Of a stretch of DNA of 64,000 nt, positions 29,261 through 39,699 are shown one piece after another. The translations under genes were made by a program, and so were the position numbers. The stretch covers positions 1,536,001 to 1,600,000 of the forward strand of contig CBDFIQ010000002.1 in assembly GCA_965248195.1 (NCBI GenBank), read 5' to 3'. The notes below the pieces were generated by a model. The model had not been told where the DNA came from. It was given only the letters and a program-made list of their open reading frames with translations, and did no database searches. This DNA is from Longimicrobiales bacterium. GTDB lineage: Bacteria > Gemmatimonadota > Gemmatimonadetes > Longimicrobiales > Gaopeijiaceae. Every line of letters starts with the position of its first letter. Within the stretch, counting starts at the first letter, position 1.

Positions 29261-32200
29261 CTACCACCCCGGGGAGAGCACGAAGCCCCAGTGCGGGCCC
29301 TTTTCGGGCCGCTGGAACGGGTACGCCCGGTAGGCTTCCAGGATCAGGAATCCGAAAAGGTTGAAACGTGCCCCGAAGCCTACGGAGAACACCGGCACAC
29401 GCTGGCCACCCGAGCGCACGAAGTCGAATTTGACTTCGCTGAAGTCGTTGTAGGCGAATCCGGCGTCGGCAAAGGTGTAGAGCTCCGTTGGCAGGTACGG
29501 GAAGTTGAAGAGCCCGTACCGCTCCGTTCCGAAGAACGGCACGCGAGCCTCGAGGTTCACGACGCCGAGGCGGTGACCGAAGAGGCGCTCAAAAGCCGGG
29601 CACGAACCCCCCACGGCGCCCGGCTCCAGCGCGGTCGCCGCACATTCCTCCGGTTCGAGGCTCTCGTACGAGTACCCACGAATCAACGTCTCGTAACCCA
29701 GGAAGTAGGGCTGAATCGCCGCCGTTATCCGGTTCGGGTCCAGACCGTGTCCGTACCGGCCGAAGTGAAGACCCCGAGCGGCGAACGTGAGGCCGCGGGT
29801 GGGGGCGAAGTAGCGCCGGTAATCCATGACGAGCGACGTGAAATTTTTTGTGCCGACGGACTGGGCTACTTCCAGCCGGTAGCGCCCGCCCGACACGGGT
29901 CCCGTGAATGCGGAGTTCGAGTTGTCACCGACCAGAGCGAGGGAAACCGTGGCGAGATTAATGGCCTCCCTGGAAGGAAGCGACCTGCGCTGAACGTCGA
30001 CCAGCTGATTAAAAAAGTAAGTGTATGTCTGCTCTTCGAGGTCGAAGGAGATGCGCTGGACCCCGACGTTGGCTTCCACACGCCGCGTCGTGGAGAACGG
30101 ATAGGCGGCCATGAGACTGGTCTGGGCCAAGTAGATGCGCTGAAGCACCTGAGTCACGTTCACGCTGCCATCCCCGTTCAGCGATTGAAACGCATAACCT
30201 TGGAGGTAGGGGATCCGACCGCCGTTTACGCCCCAATTGAGTCGTTTCGCCTGATTGACATAAAAAGCCTGCCCACCGACGTCCTTGAAGGACCCCTGGG
30301 CCAGAACCATGAGGCCAAGCGTCCGGTTACCCAGCATATCACTGAAAAACGCCGACGCTCCGCCGGCCGCATAGTTCCCGAATCGGTCGGTGCCGACGCC
30401 GATGCTGGGTTGCCCCAGGTAATCGAGCGAGAGCGAGGAATCGTACTCGACCGCGTTCTCGGCGAGATAGGTTCCGGTCGGTACGAGGCCCATGATCGGA
30501 TCGGACAGGTAGCCGGCGATCCGGCTCGACCGCGACGGCGCAGTGGGCGGGAGGAGACGCCCCGACTGCGGTGAGGAGGATACGACGATCGGTTCGCCCC
30601 CCGCGTCGGCCTCGCCGGCCTGTAGGCTGTAGACGTGGAACTGGGCGTCGTCGAAGACGGAGAAGAGGAGCGTTCCGGCCTCTCGCGCCACAGAAAACGT
30701 TGGCGACATCGCGGTGATTCCGCTCACGCCGGTCTGCAGCTGCGTGATACGACGGACATCCCGAGAGGCGAACGTGTACTGGTAGATATCGCTAAAGCCG
30801 TCCTGGTCAGAAACGAAGTAAAGGCTTCGCCCATCCGGCGAGTATTGCGGGTTGATGTGCTTGACCTCGCCGAAGACACTCAGGGTCGTCACCTGGCGAG
30901 AGGCCACATCCAGGAACGCGATCTGTGGCTTGCTGTACACCAAGTTTTCGAAGTCTGTGATCGCCCCCCTATCGGAGACGAACGCGATCGTCGATCCATC
31001 CGGCGACCAGGTGGGCTGAAGGTCGGCGTGTTTGTCATCCGTGAGCTGTGTCAGCGCCCCCGTGCCGACATCCCACGTGTAGATGTCGCTCACGCCTCCG
31101 TCGAGGCCCGAAAAGGCGATGAGTTGGCCGTCCGGAGACCAGGCCGGACTGGTGATCGCGCCGATGCCGTCGAGCTTGACTTTTCGCTCGATGTCACCGT
31201 TCTCAGCGTTCACGATCGCCAACTCGTTGTCTCCATCGGCGAACACTGCGAACACGAACTGGGTGCCGTCTGGCGACCAGTCTCCCGCCGAGTCGATGAA
31301 CCGCAACGCGTCGAAATGACCGTCTTTGTCGGCGCTGACCAGCTTCCTCTGGATCTCACCGGTCCGCGCGTCGGCTACGAAAAGGTCGATCCCAAAGAGA
31401 TCTTTCTCCGACAGGAAGGCGACAAGGCTCCCGTCCGGGCTCACCGAGGGAGCCACGTTCTGCTCCCCCGACCCGGTGGATGGGGCCAGCAGCAGCGCTC
31501 CGGATTCACCGGGAGCCTGCCTTCCGGCCATGAGCGGCAAGTACTCCGCTTCGACCGCCTCTCTCCAGGCCACCGAGAGACTATCCGAGCTAGTACCCAG
31601 CACCTGACTGAGGGCCGGCTCCCAACCGACGCGGAGCGACCTTCTGTAGAGATCCACGATGCTATCATCCCCGTACCTGCCGCCGATGTAGGCCCACAAC
31701 GCCTGCCCGTACCGGTACGGGAAGTACTCCCCGGTGCTCAATTCCCGGAGCGTCGGCAGGTCCTCCCTGCGAATGGCGTCCCGCAGCCACATGGCGGTGA
31801 GCGCGTCTTCCCGCCCGACCGACAAGTATTCGGCGATCCCCTCCACTACCCAGAGGGGAAGGAGCGACATGCCGCGTAGGCCAGCACCGGACCGGCCTTG
31901 CGCCAGGTTGTATTGGAACGCATGCACGAGCTCATGCCCCAGGACGTGGTCGGTATCCGCGTACGACCCGGTCAGAGGCATGATCACCCGATTCTTGAGC
32001 GACTCCGTGGCGCCTCCAAGGCCCTCGCTCAGGCGCCCGCGGAGTGTATTCGTCTGCTGAAAATCGGGGTGGTCCGCATAAAGAATGATCGGCTTGGGCT
32101 GCTCGAATTCATGTTGGAACAGGCGAGCGAAACGCTCGTACCACCGCTCACCCATGCGCGCGGCGTCCTCGACGGCATCAGCCTCTTCCGGATAAAAGTG

Positions 32201-32380
32201 GATGTCGTAATGAGGCGTCTTGAGGATCCTGAAGTCGAACGTTTCATACTGGACTTTGTTCCGCCCGAAGTACTGAGCGGACACGGAGGCCGGGAGGGCG
32301 GTGACCGACAGAGTCAACAGCAGCGCTGCGAGGAAGCCGCGCCGCGACCCCGGCGTATGCGTACGAGTATCAGAAATCAT
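29261..32380 (-). CDS. Omp85-family protein with N-terminal HExxH metallopeptidase-like domain and PD40/TolB-type propeller
   Basis: QYFGRNKVQY, HVLGHELVHAFQ, WVVEGIAEY, repeated (W)SPDG motifs, barrel motif IRGY, aromatic C-terminus. Confidence 0.85.
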   Translation of the reverse strand: MISDTRTHTPGSRRGFLAALLLTLSVTALPASVSAQYFGRNKVQYETFDFRILKTPHYDIHFYPEEADAVEDAARMGERWYERFARLFQHEFEQPKPIILYADHPDFQQTNTLRGRLSEGLGGATESLKNRVIMPLTGSYADTDHVLGHELVHAFQYNLAQGRSGAGLRGMSLLPLWVVEGIAEYLSVGREDALTAMWLRDAIRREDLPTLRELSTGEYFPYRYGQALWAYIGGRYGDDSIVDLYRRSLRVGWEPALSQVLGTSSDSLSVAWREAVEAEYLPLMAGRQAPGESGALLLAPSTGSGEQNVAPSVSPDGSLVAFLSEKDLFGIDLFVADARTGEIQRKLVSADKDGHFDALRFIDSAGDWSPDGTQFVFAVFADGDNELAIVNAENGDIERKVKLDGIGAITSPAWSPDGQLIAFSGLDGGVSDIYTWDVGTGALTQLTDDKHADLQPTWSPDGSTIAFVSDRGAITDFENLVYSKPQIAFLDVASRQVTTLSVFGEVKHINPQYSPDGRSLYFVSDQDGFSDIYQYTFASRDVRRITQLQTGVSGITAMSPTFSVAREAGTLLFSVFDDAQFHVYSLQAGEADAGGEPIVVSSSPQSGRLLPPTAPSRSSRIAGYLSDPIMGLVPTGTYLAENAVEYDSSLSLDYLGQPSIGVGTDRFGNYAAGGASAFFSDMLGNRTLGLMVLAQGSFKDVGGQAFYVNQAKRLNWGVNGGRIPYLQGYAFQSLNGDGSVNVTQVLQRIYLAQTSLMAAYPFSTTRRVEANVGVQRISFDLEEQTYTYFFNQLVDVQRRSLPSREAINLATVSLALVGDNSNSAFTGPVSGGRYRLEVAQSVGTKNFTSLVMDYRRYFAPTRGLTFAARGLHFGRYGHGLDPNRITAAIQPYFLGYETLIRGYSYESLEPEECAATALEPGAVGGSCPAFERLFGHRLGVVNLEARVPFFGTERYGLFNFPYLPTELYTFADAGFAYNDFSEVKFDFVRSGGQRVPVFSVGFGARFNLFGFLILEAYRAYPFQRPEKGPHWGFVLSPGW

Positions 32381-32653
32381 CAGGACTCCTCTTTTTTCCG
32401 TTGCTTTCTCGTCCATGCAAGGTACCGCCTGATTCGCGGGTTAACCAATCGACCTGGGCTCCAGCCTCTATTCCGGGAGTACCCCACAAGCCGTTCCACA
32501 GTCCCCCGATGTCGAGTCGCCTCCAAAGGAACCCGTGGAACCGGCCCGGGGGTTCCACCCGGGGCCCTTTACGCCGGTCACTCGCCGGTGCAAGATTCCT
32601 GCCTGTAACTGGCGCGGCCCGCGTGGTCTGCTTTGTCTTCATGAGAGGGACTG

Positions 32654-33892
32654 ATGATATCCTTACGGATAGGGATATTGGCGACATGTCTGAGTACGGT
32701 GGCCTGCATCGATATGGCTCCGGGTGCGATCAAACTGGGCGAGCTCGAACCGCTGAATCCGCCCCTTGGAGAGGCCAGTCTGTGGCCTAAGCTGTCCACC
32801 CATGGGGACAAAGTCGTATTGAGCTGGCAAGAACGAGATGCCACAAATTCCTGGTCCGTTAAAAGTGCCATACTCGATGGGGCCGGGTGGGCCCCGGCGC
32901 GGACCGTCGCCCGCTCGACGGAGGAAAGAAGATTTTTTGTCAATTGGGCCGACTTCGCTTCGGTCGATATCTTGGAGACGAATTTACTAGTCGCCCACTG
33001 GCTCCCCCGTGGCCCGGACGGGGTGTACGACTATGGCGTGCGGGTCGGCCGGTCGACGGACGGGGGTCGAACGTGGAGCGAGCCTTGGACGCCGCATACG
33101 GATGACACCCCGACGGAGCATGGATTCGTCTCGAAATTTCCCTTGGACAACGGGGGAATCGGCCTGGTTTGGCTGGACGGCCGCAACTCCGTCGACAGGA
33201 ACGGAGAGAAGGGCATCCCGGGGGCGATGGCGTTACGATACCGGTCGCTCGACCGGGAGGGAGTCCCGGGTTCGGAGCTGCTCATCGACGAGCGAGTCTG
33301 TGACTGCTGTCAAACCGACGCGGCCGTCTCAGCCTCCGGCCCGGTCGTGGTCTACCGGGACCGATCCGCGGAGGAGGTGCGGGACATATATGTAACCCGT
33401 CTTGTCGATGGGCAGTGGACGGAGGGCACGCCGGTCCACCGGGACGGCTGGGTGATTCCAGCTTGCCCGGTCAATGGGCCGGCTGTAGCGGCCCGAGAGA
33501 ACGAACTCGCGGTCGCATGGTTTACCCATGCCCGAGGCGAACCCGAGGCACAGGTGGCTTTTTCCTCCGATGGGGGTGTAAACTTCGGGGAGCCGATCCG
33601 GGTCGACGATGGAAGGGCCCTTGGGCGAGTTGATGTGTTGTGGCTCGAGAGTGGCTCCGCTCTGGTCATGTGGTTAGAGCGGCGGCCCCGAGTGGCCGAG
33701 GTGCTGGTGCGCCAGGTGTGGCCGGATGGCCGAATGGGAGGAGAGGCTGTTGTGACGACGACGTCTGCAGGGCGAGACAGTGGGTTTCCGCGCATGATCC
33801 AAGACGGCATGGGCCGGCTGGTTTTCGCGTGGACCCAGACGGGAAGTGTTCGACGCGTGAGAGTGACCAGGACACGCGAGGCTGTACGATGA
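32654..33892 (+). CDS. BNR/Asp-box (sialidase-fold) lipoprotein
   Basis: Lipobox TVAC, Asp-boxes STDGGRTW and SSDGGVNF, conserved CDCC and CPVNGP motifs. Confidence 0.8.
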   Translation: MISLRIGILATCLSTVACIDMAPGAIKLGELEPLNPPLGEASLWPKLSTHGDKVVLSWQERDATNSWSVKSAILDGAGWAPARTVARSTEERRFFVNWADFASVDILETNLLVAHWLPRGPDGVYDYGVRVGRSTDGGRTWSEPWTPHTDDTPTEHGFVSKFPLDNGGIGLVWLDGRNSVDRNGEKGIPGAMALRYRSLDREGVPGSELLIDERVCDCCQTDAAVSASGPVVVYRDRSAEEVRDIYVTRLVDGQWTEGTPVHRDGWVIPACPVNGPAVAARENELAVAWFTHARGEPEAQVAFSSDGGVNFGEPIRVDDGRALGRVDVLWLESGSALVMWLERRPRVAEVLVRQVWPDGRMGGEAVVTTTSAGRDSGFPRMIQDGMGRLVFAWTQTGSVRRVRVTRTREAVR

Positions 33893-34398
33893 CCCGGGCG
33901 TTGTGGGTTTCCGGTGCCCTGTTGCTGTGGGTCTCGGCGTGCGCGCCTGGCGATCTGAGGCCGCCGCAGGTGGGGGATCCGGCTCCTGATTTCCAGGCGA
34001 TGTCGCTCGACGGCGAGCGTACCGTTGCTCTCGGCGACTACGCGGGTCAGACGATCCTCGTAAACCTATGGGCGACTTGGTGCGCCCCGTGCCGGTTCGA
34101 GACGCCCTATCTTCAGTCCGTTTATGAGGAGAATCGGGATCGCGGCCTGATGATCGTGGGAGTTTCTGTCGACTCCCCCTCCGCGCTCGACTTGGTGAAC
34201 GATTTTCTCGAAGAGATGGGGGTTACTTACGACATCCTGCTCGATCCGGATATGGTGAGCACGGATGCCTTCCTGCCCATCGGGTACCCTGCGTCCTACC
34301 TCATCGACGGAGACGGGGTGGTCCGCTTTACCCGACTGGGTCCGATCGCGGAAGGAGACCCTGCGTTTCTCGAAGCGCTGGAACAGACCCTCAAATAG
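33889..34398 (+). CDS. TlpA-family thiol-disulfide oxidoreductase lipoprotein
   Basis: Lipobox VSAC, LVNLWATWCAPC, GYP; ATGA overlap with the upstream gene. Confidence 0.92.
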   Translation: MTRALWVSGALLLWVSACAPGDLRPPQVGDPAPDFQAMSLDGERTVALGDYAGQTILVNLWATWCAPCRFETPYLQSVYEENRDRGLMIVGVSVDSPSALDLVNDFLEEMGVTYDILLDPDMVSTDAFLPIGYPASYLIDGDGVVRFTRLGPIAEGDPAFLEALEQTLK

Positions 34399-34600
34399 CG
34401 CGGACGAGAATCTCGACCGTCCGGCTCGCGCTTTTCCCTGCCTCGAACCGAGCCGTCTTCGACGGTTCAGGCGCCGGCGACACGGCGACCGCAGTGGTGT
34501 CGCGGTGGCCCTCGGTGCATCGATGGGCGAGGCGGCCGCCATCGCAAATTACGCCTCCCGGTAAAGATATACGTACGTTTTAGTTAGAGGTGGTAATCGC

Positions 34601-34990
34601 ATGAATGACTTGAAGCTCATTAATACACCCGAGGCGCCGGCGGCCATCGGCCCGTACTCCCAGGCTGTGGTTGCGGGGGAGTGGGTCTTCGCCTCCGGCC
34701 AGATTCCGGTCGACCCCGCCACCGGGGACCTGATCGACGGGGGAATCGCCGAGCAAACCGATCGCGTCATGAAGAACCTCGCTGCCGTACTTCGCGAGGC
34801 GGGTCTCTCTTTGAATCATGTCGTGAAAACCACGGTGTATCTTGCCGACATGGGGACCTTCGCAGAGATGAACGAAGTGTTCGCCAAACATTTCGGGGAT
34901 CATCGTCCTGCACGGGCGACGGTGCAGGCTGGCGCGTTGCCCAAGAGCGCGGGAGTGGAGATCGACGCCATTGCACGCATCCCGTCATGA
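34601..34990 (+). CDS. ridA: RidA/YjgF-family reactive intermediate deaminase
   Basis: PAAIGPYSQA, SGQIP, VVKTTVYL, RPARATV, VEID. Confidence 0.93.
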   Translation: MNDLKLINTPEAPAAIGPYSQAVVAGEWVFASGQIPVDPATGDLIDGGIAEQTDRVMKNLAAVLREAGLSLNHVVKTTVYLADMGTFAEMNEVFAKHFGDHRPARATVQAGALPKSAGVEIDAIARIPS

Positions 34991-36042
34991 CCGAACTCCT
35001 CGAGAATCGGTGGGTCCAGCGCGTCGGCTTCGTGGTCGGGGGCCTCGTGGTGGGCATCCTCTTGGAGTTCGTGGTCATCCGGCGGGCACACAAGCTGGCA
35101 GAACAAACACGCTTCAGGTGGGACGACTTGCTCATCGGCTCGCTCCGTGGCGTGGCGACCGTGTGGTTGGGCGCGGGTGGCGTCTACCTCGCGCTCAACG
35201 TCGGGACTCCGGACCCGTTGCTGCTGAGCACGATGCGGAACGTGCTCATGGTGGTCATGATCTGGTCCGTGGTGATTGCTGGGATGCGGTTGGTGGGGGG
35301 GGCGGTCGAGATGCTTTCGGGGCGCACGGGCGGCGCGATCAAGTCGCCGACGTTGGTCATCAACCTCGCTCGGGCCGCCGTCGCCACTCTCGGGCTCTTC
35401 ATCATCCTCCAGAACCTCGGGATCGACATCACGGCGCTGATCACCGCGCTGGGGATCGGAGGAATCGCGGTCGCGCTCGCGCTCCAGGACACACTCGGCA
35501 ACCTCTTCGCCGGAATTCAGATCATCCTGTCCAAGCAGGTGCGTCAGGGGGACTACATCCGCCTCTCTTCAGGAGAAGAGGGGTGGGTAACCGACGTGAA
35601 GGGCCGGAACACGACGATCCAAACCTTTCCTGACGGCAACCTGGTCACGGTGCCCAACTCGATGCTCGCCTCCTCGATCGTGAAGAACCTTTCGATGCCC
35701 AGGAGGGCGTTGTGGGTGACTCTCGAAGTCGGTGTGAGCTACGACAGCGACCTGCAACACGTGGAGGCCGTCGCCTTGGATGTGGCCCAGCAGGTGCTCG
35801 GCGAGGTGGACGGCGGCGTGCCGGGGGAAGACCCTATCGTCCGTTACCACACCTTCGGCGACTCGAGCATAAACTTCGACGTCCGCATGATGGTGCGTGA
35901 GTTCCGGAGCCAAGGTCCCGTGAAACACGAGTTCATCAAGCGGTTACACCGCCGTTTCGGAGACGAGGGCATCGAGATCCCCTTCCCGATCCGCACGGTG
36001 ATGATGCAGGGCGGCACCGACCCGACAGTCGAAGGCGGTTGA
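34987..36042 (+). CDS. MscS-family mechanosensitive channel
   Basis: ALGIGGIAVALALQDTLGNLFAG, GVSYDSD, GIEIPFP; ATGA overlap with ridA. Confidence 0.95.
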   Translation: MTELLENRWVQRVGFVVGGLVVGILLEFVVIRRAHKLAEQTRFRWDDLLIGSLRGVATVWLGAGGVYLALNVGTPDPLLLSTMRNVLMVVMIWSVVIAGMRLVGGAVEMLSGRTGGAIKSPTLVINLARAAVATLGLFIILQNLGIDITALITALGIGGIAVALALQDTLGNLFAGIQIILSKQVRQGDYIRLSSGEEGWVTDVKGRNTTIQTFPDGNLVTVPNSMLASSIVKNLSMPRRALWVTLEVGVSYDSDLQHVEAVALDVAQQVLGEVDGGVPGEDPIVRYHTFGDSSINFDVRMMVREFRSQGPVKHEFIKRLHRRFGDEGIEIPFPIRTVMMQGGTDPTVEGG

Positions 36043-36082
36043 GGCCTAAGCCGTCAGGCACCGACAGAGCGAGCGAGACAGC

Positions 36083-38158
36083 TTACCGCCTACTATCCCC
36101 CGGACTCACCAGAACGGTGGTGGCGATCCACGCCTCCAACTCCGACCGGTAGCGGCGCGTGGTGATGAAGGTCAGCACATCTCCAGGCTCGACCCGTGTG
36201 AAGCCCCTCGGAACCACGACGCGATCGCCGCGCCGCAGGAGCGCGATGAGAGCCTCAGCGGGCACCTTGATCTCACGGATGGAGTGGAAGCAGATGTCCG
36301 TGTGACGTGCGGTCACCTCGAGCGCGACGTGCACCGAATCTCCCCCCGCGTCGGGTGGCACCGCGTTGGTGCGCTTCAGCAGCCGTTGATGCTCATCCGC
36401 CAGCTCCTTGAACGCCCACATCATCTCGGCCCGTTTCAACACGCCCACGACCCGACTCCGGTCCTCCGGATCCATCACCGGCATTTGATAGGCACCCAGG
36501 GCACTGAATCGTGCGAAGGCGTTCCGAAGCGTCTCGGCGGGGAAGGTGGTCTCCACCGCCGTGGTCATGACCTCGGCGACCGTTCTCTCGGATCCTCCGG
36601 CCACGATGGACCGTTCGAGATCGGCCAGCGCGACGATCCCCACCAGACGCTCGTCGTCATCGAGCACCAGCCAACTGCGTTCGTGCTCATCCCGCGCCAG
36701 CTCAGCCAGGTGATCGAGGTCCATGGACTCGGGCACGCTCCTCACCTCCTCCTCCATGGCGTCCGCCACGAGAAGGATGTCGAGCGTCCCCATCTCACCC
36801 TCGGAGAGGCGGAACCCACCGAGCCTCCGCAGCTTGATGGAGTAGATGGAGTCCGGATTGAGGCGGGAAGCGATGATCTGCGCCAGCACCACGGCCAACA
36901 TGAGTGGGAGGATGATCCGGTAGTCGTCGGTCATCTCGAAGAGGATGACGATCGCCGTCATGGGTGCGTGGGCTGCCGCGCCGAACACGGCGGCGGCTCC
37001 GACCAGGGCATAGGCTCCAGGAGACGCCGTCACCGTGGGGAACAGTCCACCCATGAACGAGCCGAAGACACCCCCGGTCATCGCCCCGATGAAGAGAGCC
37101 GGAGCGAACACTCCGCCGGAGCCACCGGCGCCGAGGGTGATGGAGGTGGCCAGCATCTTCAGGACGACGAGCATCGCCATCATACCGACGCCGAGGGCCC
37201 CGGCGAGCGCCAGCTCTACGCCCTCATGTCCGATGCCGAAGATGTGTGAGCTTCCGAAGGCCCCCATGGCTCCCACTGCCAGGCCACCCAGGAGCGCCTT
37301 GGCCCAGGCAGGGACCGACCACAGCTCGAACCGCTCCTCCACCTGATACACCATCCACACGTAGGCCAGAGCCACCAAGCCAGCGATCATACCGAGGCCC
37401 AGATAAAGCCCGAACTCCCAGTTGCTCACGAGGGTGAAGCGCTCGACGAGGTTGAACGCCGGTTCGGTCCCCAGGGCCGACTGCACCACCGCCGTGGCCG
37501 CCACCGACGAGACCACCACCAATCCGAAGGATCGGGAGGCGAACCCACCGAGGATCACCTCCATGGCGAAGAGCACCCCTGCGATGGGCGCGCTGAACGT
37601 GCCCCCGATGGCCGCGCCCGCGCCTGCGGCCACCATGATCCGTACCTCGCTGGCTCCCAATCCGGCGATCTGGCCCACGGTGCTGCCGATGGACGAACCG
37701 ATCTGGACGATGGGGCCCTCACGCCCCACGGATCCTCCGGACCCGATGGAGAGCGCGGAAGCCAACGCCTTCACGATGGCCACACGAGGACGGATGCGTC
37801 CCCCGCGCTGTCGCACGGCGAACTGGACTTCCGGGATTCCATGCCCCTGGGCCTCCGGAGCCCAGCGGCGAACCATCCAGGACACCACCACCATGCCGAC
37901 GGCCGGGGCGAACACGAGGGGCACCCACTCCGGCAGCGGAGCCAACAAATCGGAGAGGCGGCCGCCCTGATCGAAGAACAACCACTGCACTGCGGCGATC
38001 ATCCAACGGAGGCCGATCGCGGCGACCCCGGAAAGCAGGCCGATGGCCGTGGCGAGGGCCAGCGGCCCGGCCGTGGTGGAACGGCGCAATTCGAGGCGCA
38101 GGCGATGGAGGATCTTGCCGTTCCGGAGAGCCTTCGGGAGGCCGATGCCAAAGGTCAT
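36083..38158 (-). CDS. ClC chloride channel/antiporter with CBS and TrkA-C domains
   Basis: GHGIPEV, GGSVGREGP, GGSGGVFAP, LFEMT, SIY; C-terminal CBS pair and RCK-C. Confidence 0.95.
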   Translation of the reverse strand: MTFGIGLPKALRNGKILHRLRLELRRSTTAGPLALATAIGLLSGVAAIGLRWMIAAVQWLFFDQGGRLSDLLAPLPEWVPLVFAPAVGMVVVSWMVRRWAPEAQGHGIPEVQFAVRQRGGRIRPRVAIVKALASALSIGSGGSVGREGPIVQIGSSIGSTVGQIAGLGASEVRIMVAAGAGAAIGGTFSAPIAGVLFAMEVILGGFASRSFGLVVVSSVAATAVVQSALGTEPAFNLVERFTLVSNWEFGLYLGLGMIAGLVALAYVWMVYQVEERFELWSVPAWAKALLGGLAVGAMGAFGSSHIFGIGHEGVELALAGALGVGMMAMLVVLKMLATSITLGAGGSGGVFAPALFIGAMTGGVFGSFMGGLFPTVTASPGAYALVGAAAVFGAAAHAPMTAIVILFEMTDDYRIILPLMLAVVLAQIIASRLNPDSIYSIKLRRLGGFRLSEGEMGTLDILLVADAMEEEVRSVPESMDLDHLAELARDEHERSWLVLDDDERLVGIVALADLERSIVAGGSERTVAEVMTTAVETTFPAETLRNAFARFSALGAYQMPVMDPEDRSRVVGVLKRAEMMWAFKELADEHQRLLKRTNAVPPDAGGDSVHVALEVTARHTDICFHSIREIKVPAEALIALLRRGDRVVVPRGFTRVEPGDVLTFITTRRYRSELEAWIATTVLVSPGDSRR

Positions 38159-38235
38159 GAGGGGAAGTTGACAATAAGGGTGTGTTTATCCAACCTGGCC
38201 TGCGCCCTTCTGGCCCAAGAACCGAGGAAAAAACC

Positions 38236-39528
38236 ATGCAGGACTTCCTGTCGAGCATAGCCGCGAACGACTGGCTTCGGGCTGTCGGCGGGTTGTTTGC
38301 CCTCACCATCCTGGCGTGGGCTACCAACGTCGTGGCCCGCCGCTTATTCCTGGGGCTGATCCACCGTGTGGCGAGCAGGACCCAGTCCACCTGGGACGAT
38401 CGCGTCATCGAGCATCGGGTCTTCCACCGGCTGGCCAACGTCGCTCCGGCGCTCGTGACCTACTCCGGGATCGGATTGGCGCTGGGGGTCGCTCCCGACG
38501 CCCTGGCGGAGGGCCCGCCCGTCGACCTGCAGTCGACGAGCTTGGAGGCCCTCGTGCTCACCGGTGCGACCCTGGTGCGCCGGGTATCGATTGCGTGGGT
38601 GGTCGTGGCGCTCTCCACGGCTGCCGCCGGCCTCCTGAATGCCCTGAACGACATCTACGCCGAGACCTACGCCGAGGCCGGCAACCGCCCCATCAAGGGC
38701 TACCTCCAGGTCATCAGCCTCTTCCTGTATGTGGCGGCGGGCGTCGTAGTGATCTCCGTCCTAGCGGATCGCTCGCCCGTGATCTTCCTGTCGGGCCTCG
38801 GGGCGCTCACCGCCGTCCTGATGCTGGTCTTCCGAGACACCATCCTGTCACTCGTGGCCAGCGTCCAGATCATGTCCAACGACATGATCCGCATCGGGGA
38901 CTGGGTCGAGATGCCCCAGGCCAACACCGACGGCGACGTCATCGACATCGCGCTTCACACGGTGAAGATCCAGAACTGGGACAAGACCATCTCCGCGATC
39001 CCCACCCACAAGTTCATCTCCGAGTCGTTCAAGAACTGGCGGGGAATGAGCGAGTCCGGCGGCCGCCGCATGAAGCGCTCGATCCACCTGGACATGAACT
39101 CCATCCATTTCCTGTCGGACCAGGAGGTGGCCCGGCTCTCCCACTTCGAGTTCCTGCACGATTACTTGCAGGCCAAGCGGAGGGATCTGGAGGTCGCCAA
39201 CACCCGGAAGGTGGAGGGCGACGACGTCATTCCAGACGCGCGACGCCTCACGAATGTAGGCACCTTCCGGGCGTACGTGAGGCACTATCTGAGCAATCAT
39301 CCCAAGATCCACCAGGGGATGACGCTGCTCGTGCGGCAGCTCCAGCCGGGGGCCCAAGGCCTGCCCCTCGAGATCTACTGCTTCTCGAACGATACGAACT
39401 GGGAAAACTACGAGGGAATCCACGCAGACATCTTCGACCACCTGATCGCGAGCCTCCCCGAGTTCGGGCTCCGGGCCTTTCAGGAGCCCGCGGGCAGCGA
39501 CCTGAAGGAGTTGCGTGCTTCGGGCTAA
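38236..39528 (+). CDS. MscS-family channel, YbdG-like
   Basis: GLGALTAVLMLVFRDTIL, IGDWVEMP, VKIQNWDKT, NWRGMSESGGRRMKR, TNVGTFR. Confidence 0.95.
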   Translation: MQDFLSSIAANDWLRAVGGLFALTILAWATNVVARRLFLGLIHRVASRTQSTWDDRVIEHRVFHRLANVAPALVTYSGIGLALGVAPDALAEGPPVDLQSTSLEALVLTGATLVRRVSIAWVVVALSTAAAGLLNALNDIYAETYAEAGNRPIKGYLQVISLFLYVAAGVVVISVLADRSPVIFLSGLGALTAVLMLVFRDTILSLVASVQIMSNDMIRIGDWVEMPQANTDGDVIDIALHTVKIQNWDKTISAIPTHKFISESFKNWRGMSESGGRRMKRSIHLDMNSIHFLSDQEVARLSHFEFLHDYLQAKRRDLEVANTRKVEGDDVIPDARRLTNVGTFRAYVRHYLSNHPKIHQGMTLLVRQLQPGAQGLPLEIYCFSNDTNWENYEGIHADIFDHLIASLPEFGLRAFQEPAGSDLKELRASG

Positions 39529-39539
39529 AGGGCAGCGTG

Positions 39540-39568
39540 TGGACAGGTGAGCGAGGTCTGCCTACCGT
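39540..39568 (+). promoter_or_regulatory. Candidate sigma70 promoter of selC
   Basis: TGGACA-N17-TACCGT; predicted +1 near A39575. Confidence 0.55.
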
Positions 39569-39602
39569 GTGCCCATGTCAGCCGATGGACGTTCGACTAT
39601 AT

Positions 39603-39699
39603 GGGGGCGGAGGAGGTCTGGTGGCCTCACTGGTCTTCAAAACCAGCTCGCCCGGCTAAACCCCGGGTTGGTGGGTTCGATTCCCACACGTTCCCGCCA
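39603..39699 (+). tRNA. selC: tRNA-Sec (UCA)
   Basis: 97 nt; 8-position acceptor GGGGGCGG/ACGTTCCC, 6-bp D stem GAGGTC-TGGT-GGCCTC, anticodon arm CTGGT-CTTCAAA-ACCAG, long variable arm, T arm GTGGG-TTCGATT-CCCAC, G discriminator plus encoded CCA. Confidence 0.95.

Noticed and set aside
34420..34545. Structured ncRNA between tlpA and ridA
   Set aside because: Only short GC-rich inverted repeats, expected by chance at this GC content.
39603..39699. selC as a mismatched chimera created by integration
   Set aside because: The displaced 3' half at 44018-44085 is identical to the current one, so the G.U and G.A pairs are not explained by the insertion.
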